Positions 61,944-64,000 of a stretch of DNA of 64,000 nucleotides are shown here, in pieces. The stretch spans positions 11,324-75,323 of the forward strand of contig SHBR01000001.1 of NCBI GenBank assembly GCA_004212795.1, in the 5' to 3' direction. Below the pieces are notes generated by a model. The model saw only the letters and a program-made list of their open reading frames with translations, ran no database searches and was not told the origin of the DNA. The stretch's first letter is position 1. Every line of letters begins with the position of its first letter. The translations under genes and the position numbers were made by a program. This DNA comes from Candidatus Thioglobus sp. (GTDB lineage Bacteria; Pseudomonadota; Gammaproteobacteria; Arenicellales; UBA868).

Positions 61944-63983
61944 ATGAAACTAGCGCTTTGCCTCTATAAATATTTCCCGTATGGCGGCCTTCAACGCGAT
62001 TTTCTTCGAATTTTAAAAGAATGCCAGAGTCGTGGTCACGAGGTGTCCGTTTATACCTCGGAGTGGCAAGGTGAAAAACCTGAAAACATTCAGTTGAATG
62101 TTCTCAAATCAAGTCGAGTCGGTGGCAATCATGTGCGGGATCGTCGCTTCTTTAACCAGATGCAAAAAGCAACGAATCAAGAACACTTCGACGCTATTGT
62201 GGGCTTCAACAAGATGCCTGGATTGGATGTCTACTACGGTGCGGACTTCTGCTATCTCGGACGCACCGCGCCCCAGTATGGCCCATTTTATCGCCTCACC
62301 CCGCGCTATCATCATCTTTATACCTTTGAGCGGGCCGTTTTTAGTCGGGAAAGCCGAACCGAAATTCTCTCACTCTCGGAGCGAGAGAAATCTGTCTATC
62401 AGCAGTACTACGGTACACCGGAAGAACGGTTTCATTTGCTGCCACCAACGCTCGATTTAGATCGCCGACCCATCGCCGACCGGAAACGGGTCAGCGCAAA
62501 ACTGCGCAGCGAGCTTGGCGTCAACGCATCTGATGTACTTTTGTTATTCGTCGGTTCAGGGTTTAAAACAAAAGGCCTTGATCGCGCCATCGTCGCACTT
62601 GCGAGCCTACCCAAAGACGCCTTGGATAAAACCCATTTGATTGTCGTTGGCCAGGATCAACCGACGCCCTACTTAAGGCTTGCACGTAAGTTAGGTGTTG
62701 GGGAACGAATTAAGTTTCTCGGCGGTCGAATGGACATTCCCGAACTACTTGCCGCTGGCGATTTACTCATTCATCCGGCCTATATGGAAAACACCGGCAC
62801 CATCCTGCTCGAAGCCATCGCGGCTGGCCTGCCCGTTATCGCGACCGATGTCTGCGGCTATGCAGGCCATATCAAAAAAGCCGATGCCGGTGCTGTTGTG
62901 CCTTCTCCTTTTGATCAGAAATTACTCAACAAAAATCTGAATGACGCGCTGATTACAAGCAATCGGGAACACTGGTCAGCCAACGGCTTAGGCTATGGTG
63001 CTCAATCAAGTCTCTATCACATGCCCCAAACCGCAGCGAACGCCATTGAATCGATTGCTATGAAGAACAAGCAATCACGAAATAAATCACAACATGCGAC
63101 TGTGGAGCCGTGGGTCTACCTGCGCCACGATCTCGATAACCTGGGTCAATTTGAAAAAATTATGTCGCTTGACGGCGAAATCTTTCGCGAGGCACCCGGA
63201 CGGAAAACCGTTCGGTTCAAACAAAACAAACGAAATTACTTTTTAAAGACGCACACCGGAGTGGGATGGCAGGAGATTCTCAAAAATCTTTCCTATTTGC
63301 GTTTACCCGTGCTCGGCGCAATGAATGAGTGGCACGGCGCGCACCATTTACAACGGCTGGGCATCGACACCTTGAGTATTGCGGGCTATGGCACCGCAAG
63401 CGGCAATCCCGCTCGACGCCAATCATTCATCATCACCGATGAAATCACAAACGCGCAAAGCCTTGAAGAATTTTGTAGTCACTGGAAACAAAATCCGCCG
63501 AGACGCCCGCATGAAGTTCGATTCAAACGTTGGCTCATCCGGCAACTTGCGCAGACCGCCCGCCGACTACATCACAGCGGCGCTAACCATCGAGATTTTT
63601 ATCTCGTTCATTTTTTACTCCAGCCCGGATTTGAAAATGGGCACATCAGCTCGGACAAGAGTCGATTGGCCGTTATCGACCTGCATCGCATGCAGCTGCG
63701 GCGAAACACACCGAAGCGATGGCGTATCAAAGATGTGGCGGGCCTGCACTACTCCAGCATGGATCTTGGCCTGACGCGCCGTGATTTACTGCGATTTATG
63801 AAAATTTATACACAAAGTACTCTGCGGGAAACGCTCGGCCAGAAGTCAGACTTCTGGCCGCGAGTTAATCGTCGGGCAATTCGCTTGTATCAAACGGAGC
63901 AGCGTCGAGCACCATCTGTAAAACTGGCGGCTCACTCGACTCCTGTCGAGAATCATCATACGGACCGAGTCAGGAGCGTGTGA
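61944..63983 (+). CDS. fused LPS core glucosyltransferase WaaG (GT4) and heptose kinase WaaP
   Basis: N-half YKYFPYGGLQRDF, GFNKMPGLDVYY, GSGFKTKGLDR, ENTG..LLEA; C-half GVGW.EI.KNL, LPVLGA.NEW, HRDFY..HF, IDLHR, RWRIKD. Confidence 0.9.
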   Translation: MKLALCLYKYFPYGGLQRDFLRILKECQSRGHEVSVYTSEWQGEKPENIQLNVLKSSRVGGNHVRDRRFFNQMQKATNQEHFDAIVGFNKMPGLDVYYGADFCYLGRTAPQYGPFYRLTPRYHHLYTFERAVFSRESRTEILSLSEREKSVYQQYYGTPEERFHLLPPTLDLDRRPIADRKRVSAKLRSELGVNASDVLLLFVGSGFKTKGLDRAIVALASLPKDALDKTHLIVVGQDQPTPYLRLARKLGVGERIKFLGGRMDIPELLAAGDLLIHPAYMENTGTILLEAIAAGLPVIATDVCGYAGHIKKADAGAVVPSPFDQKLLNKNLNDALITSNREHWSANGLGYGAQSSLYHMPQTAANAIESIAMKNKQSRNKSQHATVEPWVYLRHDLDNLGQFEKIMSLDGEIFREAPGRKTVRFKQNKRNYFLKTHTGVGWQEILKNLSYLRLPVLGAMNEWHGAHHLQRLGIDTLSIAGYGTASGNPARRQSFIITDEITNAQSLEEFCSHWKQNPPRRPHEVRFKRWLIRQLAQTARRLHHSGANHRDFYLVHFLLQPGFENGHISSDKSRLAVIDLHRMQLRRNTPKRWRIKDVAGLHYSSMDLGLTRRDLLRFMKIYTQSTLRETLGQKSDFWPRVNRRAIRLYQTEQRRAPSVKLAAHSTPVENHHTDRVRSV

Positions 63984-64000
63984 CAGTACGTTATCCACCC

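Noticed and set aside
63980-64000. Possible next gene starting at a GTG that overlaps the waaG-waaP stop
   Set aside because: Only 7 codons are visible, so it cannot be supported.

Overview
Gene-dense, mostly core-genome window from a Gram-negative bacterium. Gene order (miaB-phoH-ybeY-corC-lnt, ubiE-ubiJ-ubiB, aroQ-accBC-prmA-DUF3426-dusB-fis-purHD, glnE-ilvE-waaF) points to a non-enteric gammaproteobacterium (inference). It encodes tRNA/rRNA maturation, an IscR-led SUF Fe-S cluster with no sufS/sufE/sufU, ubiquinone/heme/NAD/purine/fatty-acid/LPS-core genes, groES-groEL under a perfect CIRCE element, and a split class II ribonucleotide reductase with two NrdR boxes. I found no tRNA, rRNA, CRISPR array, transposase or prophage. 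The most notable observations are: (i) tsaC is in frame with purD and has no ATG/GTG/TTG before its conserved N-terminal motif; (ii) an adenylate kinase carries a ~150-aa histone-H1-like repeat tail, and a separate small H1-like gene sits behind a strong promoter and a structured ~190-nt leader; (iii) an orphan CbbQ/CbbO-type AAA+/VWA pair lies with PPi-PFK, MTA phosphorylase and APRT, with no Rubisco or NO reductase in the window; (iv) a WaaG-WaaP fusion, a DsbD with a duplicated N-terminal domain, and an archaeal-style lumazine synthase between glnE and ilvE. All family assignments come from motif recognition by eye, not from database searches.
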